A DNA stretch of 64,000 bases from Phoronis australis (lineage: Eukaryota; Animalia; Phoronida), in assembly GCA_002633005.1 (NCBI GenBank), contig NMRA01000497.1:146883-210882 (forward strand). The letters run 5' to 3'. The notes beneath the pieces are model-generated. The model searched no databases. It worked only from the letters and a program-made list of their open reading frames with translations, and was not told where the DNA came from. Both the position numbers and the translations under genes were made by a program. Position 1 is the first letter of the stretch; each line of letters starts with the position of its first letter. Of the stretch, positions 63,040 to 64,000 are shown piece by piece.

Positions 63040-63803
63040 TGTTCTGGCGCAGTGTCAGCGAACAATCGAGAGAAACACAGGTGATTCTACGTACAGCCTA
63101 ATTCTTTTATTCGTGTGCCGTCAGTACATAGACAAACCCGTAAACTGAAATAAACAAAACCCTGAGTCACTACTACGAAATATAATACAAGTACAGGCAG
63201 TGACAATATATACAAAACCGTTATTTACATCAACGAAGAAAATGTACAAGTAACGAAATGGCTACATCAGATAAACTGAATCTTATATGAAAATACTATA
63301 TACAAAAACGAACCTAGTTCATACACAATTCTGCCGTGAGACCGTGACGCAAACTAGATATCAAGTCACGCTAAACTTTTACAATAATACGAGCTTGAAA
63401 CAGACTGGTTTGTGAATTGCAATCTCAAGGTCGCAGCGAACAACGCCCAAACCCTCGATACGAACCACAAAGGACGAAATACGGCAAAGAAAATAAAGCG
63501 AAAATACTGAAACTACACGGGACACGAGAGAATGCATTGCACAAACCAGAATATAACGATAAGCAAAAGAACACTACTTACATCATGAAAACCCTGCAAT
63601 CTCGACGATGAAACCAATGAGATGCATACACTGCACACAGATACGAAATACGAAATACGAATGAATGGAACTGGCGGGTAAAACGCTTTTAAATGTCAGT
63701 ACCACGTGACAAGTTCACAATCTGGGGGGTACTTCAAAATGAGTACAACAGGAACAATACCTAATATACACAGGCAATATGAATGATTGCGTCTGCAGTA
63801 ACA
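63040..63803 (-). mobile_element. 3' LTR of an LTR retrotransposon in intron 3 of Kazal gene 2
   Basis: TGTT...AACA termini, an adjacent polypurine tract on the minus strand (TTCTCGGGGGGAGTAA, ~63804-63819), and a minus-strand AATAAA at ~63106. Intron homology to gene 1 breaks exactly at 63040. LTR sequence recurs at 63893-64000 after the gap. Confidence 0.75.
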
Positions 63804-64000
63804 TTACTCCCCCCGAGAAAGCGGAGAAANNNNNNNNNNNNNNNNNNNNNNNNNNNNNNNNNNNNNNNNNNNNNNNNNNNNNNNNNNNNNNNAGATACGA
63901 AATACGAAATACGAATGAATGGAACTGGCGGGTAAAACGCTTTTAAATGTCAGTACCACGTGACAAGTTCACAATCTGGGGGGTACTTGAAAATGAGTAC

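Overview
This is AT-rich, intron- and transposon-rich animal DNA, probably from a marine invertebrate bilaterian (inference). I found no prokaryotic features, CRISPR arrays, rRNA or intact tRNA. Genes I could splice by hand are: (1) the 3' nine exons of a multi-NDK-like-domain gene (DNAAF8/Daap1-like, apparently catalytically dead) at 1-16013 +; (2) an intronless LRR-LRRCT-Ig-TM receptor at 27189-29963 -; (3) a complete 5-exon, 204-aa secreted three-Kazal-domain gene at 47195-51683 +, with a tandem paralogue starting at 61145 + whose third intron holds an LTR retrotransposon. Mobile DNA includes a P-element-like THAP element (31-bp TIR, 7-bp TSD) inserted into a tRNA-SINE, and a Kolobok-like THAP insertion assembled next to its empty allele. 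There is also an Academ-like foldback element, Helentron-associated repeats carrying same-orientation arrays of CTCF-like motifs, a Penelope GIY-YIG remnant with a hammerhead-like motif, a LINE RT fragment, and several MITEs and SINEs. I cannot establish a new biological system from sequence alone. The best leads are the TE-borne CTCF-motif arrays, the pseudo-NDK protein and the atypical Asp-P1 Kazal cluster. All family assignments come from recalled motifs, not database searches.
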